A stretch of 64,000 nucleotides of DNA. Origin: an uncultured Planctomycetota bacterium. GTDB lineage: Bacteria; Planctomycetota; Planctomycetia; Isosphaerales; Isosphaeraceae. The notes under the pieces were generated by a model, which did not search any database, was not told the origin of the DNA, and was given only the letters and a program-made list of their open reading frames with translations. The DNA is taken from contig CAWJTV010000036.1 of assembly GCA_963845755.1 (NCBI GenBank), positions 352,001 through 416,000 on the forward strand, read 5' to 3'. Shown here piece by piece: positions 44,401 through 56,300 of the stretch. Each line of letters begins with the position of its first letter. Positions within the stretch are counted from its first letter, which is position 1. The position numbers and the translations under genes are program-made.

Positions 44401-47400
44401 ATGCGGCCCCAATCGTTGCCGCCGCGAGTTGACGCGACCAATCCACCACAACAAGGATTGAAACATGATAGCGGATTAGGTGGATTGAGGCGACCTTGGG
44501 AGGTTGACGCGACCAATCCACCACAACAAGGATTGAAACCACGCGCCGTAGAACCGCTGATTGGCGTCTATCAGGTTGACGCGACCAATCCACCACAACA
44601 AGGATTGAAACGGAGCTGGAGCAGCGTCGAATCCTTCACGCTCTCCGTTGACGCGACCAATCCACCACAACAAGGATTGAAACCCGACAGCCAGGCCGCC
44701 GTAACCCCAATCCCGGGCAAAGTTGACGCGACCAATCCACCACAACAAGGATTGAAACAGCATCAGGGCATGATCCGGGCGCTCCACCGCGAAGACGTTG
44801 ACGCGACCAATCCACCACAACAAGGATTGAAACTTTTCGTCATGGGCAGTCACCCGGAGAAATGGTCGAAGTTGACGCGACCAATCCACCACAACAAGGA
44901 TTGAAACCGGCATGTTCGCGTGGCTGAGGATCTGCCCGTCCGCTGTTGACGCGACCAATCCACCACAACAAGGATTGAAACGGCCACCGCCTCGGGGAAC
45001 CGGATGCCCAAGTGCCGCAGTTGACGCGACCAATCCACCACAACAAGGATTGAAACCCCGCGGCTGGGCCAGGGCCAGCATCCGCGTCGAGGGTTGACGC
45101 GACCAATCCACCACAACAAGGATTGAAACATCGTGTAAACCAGGTTCTTCGCACCCGCGGAACTGTTGACGCGACCAATCCACCACAACAAGGATTGAAA
45201 CTCCTGACGCATCCTTCGGTCGCCCCGGCTCGCCAAGGTTGACGCGACCAATCCACCACAACAAGGATTGAAACATGAGGCGCAGCTGCAATCGCAGCTA
45301 TACGAATCGACTCGTTGACGCGACCAATCCACCACAACAAGGATTGAAACTCGCGCATCGTCCCGGTGTTAACCGGTGCCTGCGCCTTGTTGACGCGACC
45401 AATCCACCACAACAAGGATTGAAACAATCTCCGATGCGAGGTAAGGAACCAAGGGAAGCCGGTTGACGCGACCAATCCACCACAACAAGGATTGAAACTC
45501 GATGCGAGGGTCCATTGTATCGGAAAGCCGCATTTGTTGACGCGACCAATCCACCACAACAAGGATTGAAACGTCGCCCTGGACCCATGATGACCCCGAA
45601 AAATTGTAGGTTGACGCGACCAATCCACCACAACAAGGATTGAAACCTTCCTGATCGCATCGATCAACTCGATTTCGCCTGCGTTGACGCGACCAATCCA
45701 CCACAACAAGGATTGAAACCTCGGGCGTTGGGTCCAGCTTGCAGACGATGGTTCGGAGTTGACGCGACCAATCCACCACAACAAGGATTGAAACCCCGGA
45801 AAGTATTTCCCGGCCTCCCGGAGGGCCAAGGCGTTGACGCGACCAATCCACCACAACAAGGATTGAAACAACGCCATGCGCTGTGTCCAGCATGCGCCGT
45901 TTCTCGTGTTGACGCGACCAATCCACCACAACAAGGATTGAAACAGATACATCCGGTATTCATGCCCGAGAGGCACGATAGGTTGACGCGACCAATCCAC
46001 CACAACAAGGATTGAAACGCCATCACGCCCGAGCGCGTCGCCAAGGTGACCGGCGTGTTGACGCGACCAATCCACCACAACAAGGATTGAAACATCGCCG
46101 TCGCCGCCGCGATCTCGTGCGGCGGGTCCAGTTGACGCGACCAATCCACCACAACAAGGATTGAAACTCGATCGCGCGGGTCGCAATGTCGGAGATCGTC
46201 TCGGTTGACGCGACCAATCCACCACAACAAGGATTGAAACGACGCCGAATTGTTCTGGATGAACAGCGCCTTGAGTTGACGCGACCAATCCACCACAACA
46301 AGGATTGAAACATCAAAACTCGGAAGCAGACCTCGCGGAATCGATCTTGTTGACGCGACCAATCCACCACAACAAGGATTGAAACCCGTCGGAGCGGTCA
46401 ACGCCGCCCAGGGCGGTCTGGGGTTGACGCGACCAATCCACCACAACAAGGATTGAAACTTCGGGGCTCATGGCCTCCCACCTCGCCCGCGCCGCCTCGT
46501 TGACGCGACCAATCCACCACAACAAGGATTGAAACTCGTCGCGCGGCGTCAGGAGCATTCGAGCGGCGCAAGTTGACGCGACCAATCCACCACAACAAGG
46601 ATTGAAACTCGAGGATGATCTTGCGGCGCCCCCTGGGGACCTTGGGTTGACGCGACCAATCCACCACAACAAGGATTGAAACATCGGTCACCCAACCTCA
46701 CGGAGCATTCCGATGGAAAGTTGACGCGACCAATCCACCACAACAAGGATTGAAACTAGATCGCCTCGGCCGACTTGAACACATCCACCCAATGTTGACG
46801 CGACCAATCCACCACAACAAGGATTGAAACATTGAAGATCGTCTCGACGGCCTCGCGCCGCCGTTGCTGTTGACGCGACCAATCCACCACAACAAGGATT
46901 GAAACATCGCGGGACGCGAATCAGAATTGAGCGATCTGCACACGTTGACGCGACCAATCCACCACAACAAGGATTGAAACGGAAGTGACCGGAGGGACTC
47001 CGGATCATCGGTCCGAAGTTGACGCGACCAATCCACCACAACAAGGATTGAAACCCGGCACGGTGCGCGCGGCCGAAGTCCGGCCGCGGCGGGTTGACGC
47101 GACCAATCCACCACAACAAGGATTGAAACGGCGTGGGCGGGGCGGGAGGCGTCGGAGCTGGAGGAAGTTGACGCGACCAATCCACCACAACAAGGATTGA
47201 AACTCGTCCTGCCCGTTGCCCCGGACCAGGTAGCCCTTGCGTTGACGCGACCAATCCACCACAACAAGGATTGAAACACGCGGACCGGCGCGGCCGACTG
47301 GGCGCGCGCCGACGTTGACGCGACCAATCCACCACAACAAGGATTGAAACATCGTGATCGCGGTGATTGGGACCTCATCGGGGTCGAGTTGACGCGACCA

Positions 47401-50400
47401 ATCCACCACAACAAGGATTGAAACGAGAGGCCGAGCGCCATCTCATAGGTGGTCCCGCCGTTGACGCGACCAATCCACCACAACAAGGATTGAAACCTTG
47501 TCGCGGCCCTGCAGCCCGATCAGGAGGAACGGCAGTTGACGCGACCAATCCACCACAACAAGGATTGAAACCCGATGGCGAGCAGTCGGACATATTTGAG
47601 AGAGTCGAGTTGACGCGACCAATCCACCACAACAAGGATTGAAACGCGGCTGACGGCGGAGAGGGCTTGGGCTTGGGCTTGTTGACGCGACCAATCCACC
47701 ACAACAAGGATTGAAACCTCGGTGGCGATCGCCGCGCCGCTGCGGCTCCCGATGTTGACGCGACCAATCCACCACAACAAGGATTGAAACAACAGCGCTG
47801 CCGGGGCGTGCGTGAAGCCGTTGGCGGTTGACGCGACCAATCCACCACAACAAGGATTGAAACCGTGCGGCGCCGCTCAGCCCGCGTCTGCGCCGCTTCG
47901 CGTTGACGCGACCAATCCACCACAACAAGGATTGAAACTCGATCGCGCGGGTCGCAATGTCGGAGATCGTCTCGGTTGACGCGACCAATCCACCACAACA
48001 AGGATTGAAACGCGAGCTGCTCCGCCGTGAGCCCCTGGACTTCCTCGTTGACGCGACCAATCCACCACAACAAGGATTGAAACGGCGAGTGCTTCAGACG
48101 CGCGACCAACCGGTCCTTGGGGTTGACGCGACCAATCCACCACAACAAGGATTGAAACCCAATGTGACCGTTCTGGTGTACAGTTGCCATCAGTGTTGAC
48201 GCGACCAATCCACCACAACAAGGATTGAAACAAGAGCAACTCCGTCGCGATCTCCATGACCACGCTGAGTTGACGCGACCAATCCACCACAACAAGGATT
48301 GAAACATCATATCGTCATCATTACATCTCCCGACGATGACGAGGTTGACGCGACCAATCCACCACAACAAGGATTGAAACGGTCCATGCCATGGGTTATA
48401 CGAGTGCCCTCACGGCAGTTGACGCGACCAATCCACCACAACAAGGATTGAAACTATAACGACAATTACCATGCTGTCAATACCGGATCGTTGACGCGAC
48501 CAATCCACCACAACAAGGATTGAAACAGCTGCTCGGCGATCCCGTCGCGATCGAGCCGGGCCGGTTGACGCGACCAATCCACCACAACAAGGATTGAAAC
48601 TGGACCTCGCAGCGGACATCCGCCAGCTTGGCCAAGTTGACGCGACCAATCCACCACAACAAGGATTGAAACACCCAGGGGATCGACGCACTGATGTCGT
48701 GGAATTCCAGTTGACGCGACCAATCCACCACAACAAGGATTGAAACGAGGATCGCCCGTTCGGCCGAGGCCGGGGCCGGGAACGTTGACGCGACCAATCC
48801 ACCACAACAAGGATTGAAACCTCTGGCCCGTCCCGTTGATCGCGGCCAGGTCGACGCGTTGACGCGACCAATCCACCACAACAAGGATTGAAACATGATT
48901 CGACATAGGATCGCCCTCGAATGCGACTGCGCCGGTTGACGCGACCAATCCACCACAACAAGGATTGAAACACGAACCGCAGGGGATTATCTGACCTGTT
49001 ACGGAGACGTTGACGCGACCAATCCACCACAACAAGGATTGAAACTGCGCATGGGCCGAGGATCGCTTCGGTCCAGGAAGGGCGTTGACGCGACCAATCC
49101 ACCACAACAAGGATTGAAACGTCGCGATAGATGGAGAGAGCGTCGGACTTCGGGGGTTGACGCGACCAATCCACCACAACAAGGATTGAAACCGGTCCAG
49201 GAGCTGGTGGCCGAGGCCCTCCGCGACGTGTTGACGCGACCAATCCACCACAACAAGGATTGAAACACCGACTTCCCGGCTTCCTTGGCCTCGCGGACGA
49301 CGGTTGACGCGACCAATCCACCACAACAAGGATTGAAACGGCACATAGCCGCCATTGACCCCGATCCCGCTCTCGAGTTGACGCGACCAATCCACCACAA
49401 CAAGGATTGAAACGATCCGCCGCGCGATCGAGGAACGACATGATCCAATGTTGACGCGACCAATCCACCACAACAAGGATTGAAACGTCGCGCCGGTCAC
49501 GACGCCCACCCGCAGCCTTGACGTTGACGCGACCAATCCACCACAACAAGGATTGAAACCGGGACCTCGATGTCGTCGAGCAGCCCATCGCCGGCGTTGA
49601 CGCGACCAATCCACCACAACAAGGATTGAAACACCTCGGCCCAGAAGGTGCCGACGAGCGTCGGGGTCTGGTTGACGCGACCAATCCACCACAACAAGGA
49701 TTGAAACGCGACCACGGGGGCTTGCTGTCCGGGCAGGATCAGAGTTGACGCGACCAATCCACCACAACAAGGATTGAAACCACCGGAAGCCCATGGTTAT
49801 GAGCCACGGGTGAAGAGTTGACGCGACCAATCCACCACAACAAGGATTGAAACCCCGCGAGAGCGGCCACGATCGCGAGCGACGTTCGTGTTGACGCGAC
49901 CAATCCACCACAACAAGGATTGAAACCCAAGAGCAAGGCGGGGGCATCAAATGAGGATATCATGTTGACGCGACCAATCCACCACAACAAGGATTGAAAC
50001 ATGATTCAGGAGCAACACCGAATGTTGAACTCCCTGGTTGACGCGACCAATCCACCACAACAAGGATTGAAACTTCTTCGGATCATAGGCCGGGTCCAAG
50101 GCGGTCGGTAGTTGACGCGACCAATCCACCACAACAAGGATTGAAACGCGCTCAACATGGACGTCAAGTCGATCGTCGAGCCCGTGTTGACGCGACCAAT
50201 CCACCACAACAAGGATTGAAACACCTCGTCGGCGTCGGGCTTGGACTCCACGATCACCTTGTTGACGCGACCAATCCACCACAACAAGGATTGAAACTCG
50301 AGCGGAGACGTGGTGGGCTCGTTGTGGCCCTCCATGTTGACGCGACCAATCCACCACAACAAGGATTGAAACCGATCGATAGACTCTCGCCTGCTCGCCC

Positions 50401-51634
50401 GCGACTCGAGTTGACGCGACCAATCCACCACAACAAGGATTGAAACACGGCGACGAGTTCAGCCAGCGTCTCGACGGCCTGCCGTTGACGCGACCAATCC
50501 ACCACAACAAGGATTGAAACTAGGCGATCTGCGTCACCGCGCCGCCGAACTGGATCGTTGACGCGACCAATCCACCACAACAAGGATTGAAACCCGGATC
50601 GACACCCGGCCCGTCGCCAGGCTCATTGGTGTTGACGCGACCAATCCACCACAACAAGGATTGAAACCGGAAGTCCTCCGAGGCCTCGAGGGCCACATCG
50701 TGCTGTTGACGCGACCAATCCACCACAACAAGGATTGAAACAATCGGGCGTGTCGGGCGCCTCCCCTGCCCCGGGTCGCAGTTGACGCGACCAATCCACC
50801 ACAACAAGGATTGAAACATTGTGCTCCGCGTTGGCCAAGGTGATCTGAACTTGTTGACGCGACCAATCCACCACAACAAGGATTGAAACAAGTTGCGGTA
50901 GACCGCGGGAAGGTCTTCCGCAAATCGTTGACGCGACCAATCCACCACAACAAGGATTGAAACTTTGCCAGCGAGGTCGTCTTGCTGCCCGCGAAGCTGG
51001 TGTTGACGCGACCAATCCACCACAACAAGGATTGAAACGGTACATCAATGCGTCGTGGTTGGGCTCGATATCGACGTTGACGCGACCAATCCACCACAAC
51101 AAGGATTGAAACGCCGTGAGCCCGGCCCCGGGCTATTCGCTGGCATGAGAGTTGACGCGACCAATCCACCACAACAAGGATTGAAACCGGCAGATCCGCG
51201 GCAATCCCCAGCAGATGAGCGAGCGTTGACGCGACCAATCCACCACAACAAGGATTGAAGTTTGACTTACCCGTCCTGATTATTGGCCAGGGCTCACGCG
51301 GAGACGCGGAGACGCGGAGGGGAGGATGGCTGGATTTCTTCGCGCCTCCGCGCCTCCGCGTGACGAGTCCTCGCTGACGCGTCCAATCCACCACAACAAG
51401 GATTGAAACCGGTCCGCGGTGTAGAAAATTCCAGGTCCCCGGTATTGGGTTGACGCGACCAATCCGCCACAACAAGGATTGAAACCCATCGAGGGATCTC
51501 ACGCGGAGACGCGGAGACGCGGAGTTGACGCGACCAATCCACTGCAACAAGGATTGAAACTGTTGATCGCGGCCTGCTCGATTACGAGACACGGGGCGTT
51601 GACGCGACCAATCCACCACAACAAGGATTGAAAC
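38413..51634 (+). CRISPR. CRISPR array, 37-bp repeat GTTGACGCGACCAATCCACCACAACAAGGATTGAAAC, roughly 175-180 repeats, spacers mostly ~34-39 nt
   Basis: Period ~74 bp over ~13.2 kb (count estimated from period); AATCC/GGATT stem and ATTGAAAC 3' end; degenerate repeats at the distal end and a decayed terminal repeat at ~51672 support + orientation. Confidence 0.99.
51294..51363. repeat. REP-like palindrome inserted inside a CRISPR spacer
   Basis: TCACGCGGAGACGCGGAGACGCGGAG ... CTTCGCGCCTCCGCGCCTCCGCGTGA makes the 51262-51372 interval 111 nt. Confidence 0.8.
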
Positions 51635-51838
51635 CAGAGATGAGGTGCGTTGGGAGCTTGCGGAGTCGGAGGTTGACACCGATTTCAGCCTTCCGCTGCC
51701 ATTCCGCTCACGCGCTGGCCGGATTATTGACTTGTTCGCGTATTCGATGCGAGGATGAAAGGGATTCGGTCACCTCGATTCCGAACGACTGGTCGTCTCG
51801 GCCGCTTCGTCGCTGAGCGCCTCAACCCGGAGGATTCC

Positions 51839-53298
51839 ATGCGTGCCTGGAGAATCTTCGTCGGCGCCGTTGCCTTCGCAGCCTTCTCGCTAGCCACCGT
51901 TGTCGCGTCAAGCCGTGCGGACGATCTGTTCGCCAACAACCTGGGAATCTATTACGAAAAAGTCGCGTACGACGACGGCACGTTCGGCGCGAAGTTGACT
52001 CGTGCCGCCCGAGGCCAATAGTCCAGCGGCGCAGATTGGACTGGAAGTGGGCGACGTCGTCTTCATGATGGACGACCAGAGGTTCCGAACGCCGCAAGAT
52101 GTGCTGAGTCACGTGAACAATACATCCGTGACGCTGATCGACGTCCGTACGGGCCAGGTCAAACAGGCCGTCGTCGTCCTTCCGGGAGCCGCTCCCGGTC
52201 CCGATCCGGTGGGCCCGATCCCGCCGGGTGCGGGAGATCTCTTCGCCGACAACCTGGGGATCCATTACGAGAAGGTCACGTATGGCGACGGCACGTTCGG
52301 CGCGAAGTTGACTCGTGCCGCCCGAGGCCAACACACCGGCGGCTCAGATTAGACTGGAGGCGGGCGACGTTGTCTTCATGATGGACGGCCAGAGGTTCCG
52401 CACGCCGCAAGACGTGCTGAATCACGTGAACAATACGTCCGTGACACTGATCGACGTCCGTACCGGTCAGGTGCAACAGGCCGACGTCGTCCTTCCGGGA
52501 GCCGTTCGTGGCGTCAATCCAACGGACCACGTCCAGCCGCGCCAGGGTGCATTGAAATCCGGATGGATCACTCAGCCCGATTTGAGGAGCGTCGTCAGGG
52601 AGGAGCTGCGCGGCGGACACGTCAAATACCGGCGGCCCAGTCTCGAGAATCACGGCCGTTTTCTGGACTGGAACCTCGGCGGTCCCGATCTTAATTTCTT
52701 CAATGCCAGTCCCGCGGTTTATGCTCAGTTCCAGGTCGAGATCATTCGCATGAGCCTGGTTCAGCAGCAGCAACGCAACTTCTGGGAGCCGTACCTTCAG
52801 CGCGTGGAAGGGCGGATCGCCGACCTCCTCGCGAAGGAACCGGCCGTAGGGCCCGAGCCGCGGCCCGCGCGGGAGGACGACGGGCCGGACGCGAAGGACG
52901 ATCCCGACGATGAGGAGATGGGAATGGCGCTGGGTGGTGTCGACGAAGAAGTCGAGAGAATCCTCAAGGAAGCGATCAACGCGAAGGCGAGGGCCAGTGG
53001 GCTGACTCCTCGCGAGAAGCGGCCGCCCGCCGAGGGAGGTATCAACCAGGTGACCCTCGCGACACCCAGCGGCCAGGGCCGTATCTACATCATGCCTCGA
53101 ACACCTTATTATATCCGAGCGTTCGCGCCCGTGTCTGTGAGTGATTTCAGCGCGTACGCCGCGGGGGCCACGACGGGACTGTTGAGCGGTGAGTACGTCT
53201 ACATGGTGCGCAATTCCGGAGGGGCGAGTACCCTGGCGCCTCACACGCCGATGAGCACCTTCCGCGTGGATCGCAGTGGAAGAATCCGGCTGCAATGA
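51839..53298 (+). CDS. Secreted protein with two tandem ~90-aa PDZ-like repeats and an unknown C-terminal domain (frameshifted)
   Basis: Signal peptide MRAWRIFVGAVAFAAFSLATVVASSRA; repeated LFAxNLGIxYEKVxYxDGTFGAKLT..PPEANxPAAQIxLExGDVVFMMD. Confidence 0.6.
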
Positions 53299-53328
53299 TG
53301 CCCGGCCAGGCGCGCCGAGCGAGCAATC

Positions 53329-56300
53329 ATGAGCACTTTGTTCATCAGCCACAGCAGCAAGGAGAACGACGAGGCCCTGGCGCTGCATGCGAAGCTGGCC
53401 AAGGAATGGGGATTCCAGAACGTTTTCCTCGACTTCCATGAAGTGGACGGCATTGCCGCTGGGAAAGAGTGGGAGCAAGAGCTGTATCGCAGGCTCCGCC
53501 TTTGTCAAGGGATTGTCGTCCTCTGCAGCAAGAACTCGCTGGCCTCACCCTGGTGCTTTGCCGAGATCACCCAAGCGCGGGCTCTGGGCAAGGAAATGTT
53601 CCTCGTCGAAATCTCGCCTTGCGAGGTACCCGCGGCGTTTCAAGACCGCCAGCTCGTCCGGTTAACTCCGGACGGACGAGTTGACTACGATCGACTTCTT
53701 CAAGGCCTGAAAGTCGCCGGCCTGGATCCGAAGGATGATTTTGAGTGGGACCCGAAGCGGTGCCCTTATCCGGGTCTTGACTGCTTCGAGGCCGCCGACG
53801 CCTATGTGTTTTTCGGCCGAAATGGGGAAATCACTGAGGTGACGGATGTCCTGAGGCGAATGCGCAATGGTCATGAGCGGCGCATGGCGGTGGTCATCGG
53901 TAGTTCGGGGAGCGGCAAGTCGTCGCTGCTCAGGGCCGGCGTCCTCCCCCGGCTGCGAAAGGACCGCGAGAAGTGGGTGGTTGTCCCGCCGTTTCGTCCG
54001 CGCAAGGCCCCGTTCGTCGAGTTAGCCAAGGCGCTTGCGCTCGAACTGGAAGCGGCGGCCCAGGAGGCATCGAAGGCAGCGGTACAGCGGCACGAGCGTT
54101 GGGAAGTGATCGCGGATCGGCTCACTCAAGAAGAGGGGGGGCGTCCTGGACTGGTCAGAATCGCAACGGAACTCCAGGCGACACGCGGCAAGGATGCCGC
54201 GGTCCTGCTGGTGATCGACCAGTTCGAGGAATTGCTCGAGAGCACGGCGAAAACCGACGCGAAGGACTTCTTGCGAACGCTCAACGAGTCGCTGTCACAT
54301 TTCGAGAGCCCTCTCGTCGTACTGGCCACGCTGCGCTCGGATTCACTCGCGTCCTTCCACGCACGGGGGCTCTCGTCGGAACCGATCCACGTTCAGCCCA
54401 TGGCGAAGGCTCGGTTTGCGGAGATCATCGAACGCCCCGCGACTCGGGTGGGCGTCCGTTTCGAACCGCCGAGTCTGATCAACAACATTGCGGCGGACAC
54501 GCAAACCGAGGATGCCCTCCCGCTGCTGGCGTTCACCTTGCGCGAGCTCTACCTGCACCGCGCCGCACCCGAGCGGATCACTCAAGCGGACTACGAGGGC
54601 GTCGGCAAGATCGACGAGGCGATCTCCAAGGCTGTCTCGCAAATCGAGAAAGGATTGCCGGGCCTGCCGGATGCAGGGCTGCGCGAGGTCTTTCTGGAGA
54701 TGGTCGACGAGGTTGACGGTAGCCTCCTTCGCAAGTCGCTTCCGGTCGAACGCGTGCCGGAACACGTCCGGCCCATTCTCGACAGGTTTGTGGACGAACG
54801 GCTCGTCGTCTTGCGCCGGGAGGATCACGGGGATGTCCTGGAGGTGGTGCACGAGTCCCTGTTTCGCGTCTGGCCCCGACTGAAGCGATGGATCGAGGAT
54901 GACCAGATTAATCGCCGAATCCGCCGGAGTTTGACGCTCGTAACGCGCAGTTGGGTCGAGCGAGGAGAGAAGGATTATGGTCTTGATATCGGTCCACGGT
55001 TCCTGGAGTGGGAGGACTGGGCTCGATCGCATCCCGAGCTGGTCGAACCCAAGCAAGGGGACTTTCTCGAGGCCTGTCGCAAAGAGCGCAAGGATATTCT
55101 GGAAGAGACCAAGAGGAAGGTGAGATGGTTGTATTTTGCATTGACCGTGGTGGCGATCGCTGTCGTGCTCGCGGGTATGGTCGCGTGGTCCGGGTGGAGA
55201 TTGTCGGACGTACGAAGCTCGAGCAAGGCAATGGCCGAGAAGGCCCGCTCCGTGGCCTCGACGTTGGAAAAGGACGCGCGGAAGCGCACCGACCTGTCCG
55301 GTTGGGACGAAGTCGTGCAGGCTGCGCAAGAGGCATTCAACCTGGCAAAGAACGCGGGAAGCGACCGCTTGCTCAAAGAGCTCGAGGAGGAGTTGGCGAA
55401 CTTCCGGAACGAGCGCGATCAGGCACTCAAGGACAGGCAAGCCTTTCGCGCGCTCGAGAATGCGCGCATCCTCGCGATTGGCCTCAAGACAGAGCAAAGA
55501 ATCTATCGATATCATTTCGATTTCGTGCTGGAAACGTACCGTAATGCCTTTGTTGAGTATGGAATTCATGCCGAGGATGGGCCCATCGCGGAGTCGGTCA
55601 AGATCATCGGTTCCAGCAAGATCCGCACGACGTTAACGGCGGTGCTCGACGACTGGGCGGATCGGACGCCGGACACGGCCCTGGCCTCGCGTCTCTATGC
55701 GCTCGCCCGCGAGAGCGACCCGGACGACCGCCACAACGCGCTGCGATCGTCCGTTGAAAGCCGCGACGCGGCCACTCTGAAGCGCATCGCGCAAAGCCGC
55801 GAGACGGACAGTCTTCCGGTTGTCTCCCTCGTGCGTCTGGGGTCGGCCTTGCTTTCCGTGGGTGAGGCGGATGTGGCCGTCAAGCTCTTGCGCACGGCCC
55901 ACGATCGTCACGCCGGCGATCTGTGGGTCAATCTGCATCTGGCTGAGTCCCTTTCGGACCTGGCAAATCCCCGCTACGAAGAAGCCGCCCGTTACTTCAC
56001 GGCGGCACTGGCGCTGCGGCCCGATAGCCCAAGCCTTCTGTACGACATCGGCGTCGTGCAGCACCGGAGGGGCGACCTGGATGAGGCGATTGCCAACTAC
56101 AGTGCCGCGATCGAACAGGACAAGCACTACACCTGGGCCTTCATCAATCGCGGCAACGCCAGGCTGGCAAAGCAGCAGTATGCCGGCGCACGCGACGACT
56201 TCCGGGAAGCGCTTCGGCTCGATTCGACGATCGTTCTCGCGCACTACGGGCTCGGAACCGTCGAGTACGAGTGTAAGAATTACGACGAGGCCATCAAGGA

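Noticed and set aside
41500..51200. Possible antisense-to-mRNA bias of spacers suggesting type III use
   Set aside because: By eye, spacers read as plausible coding sequence in both orientations, and no cas10/csm/cmr genes are in the window; needs protospacer mapping
38390..51679. Numerous ORFs with FQSLLWWIGRVN / VSILVVVDWSRQ / FNPCCGGLVAST repeats
   Set aside because: Translations of the CRISPR repeat, not proteins
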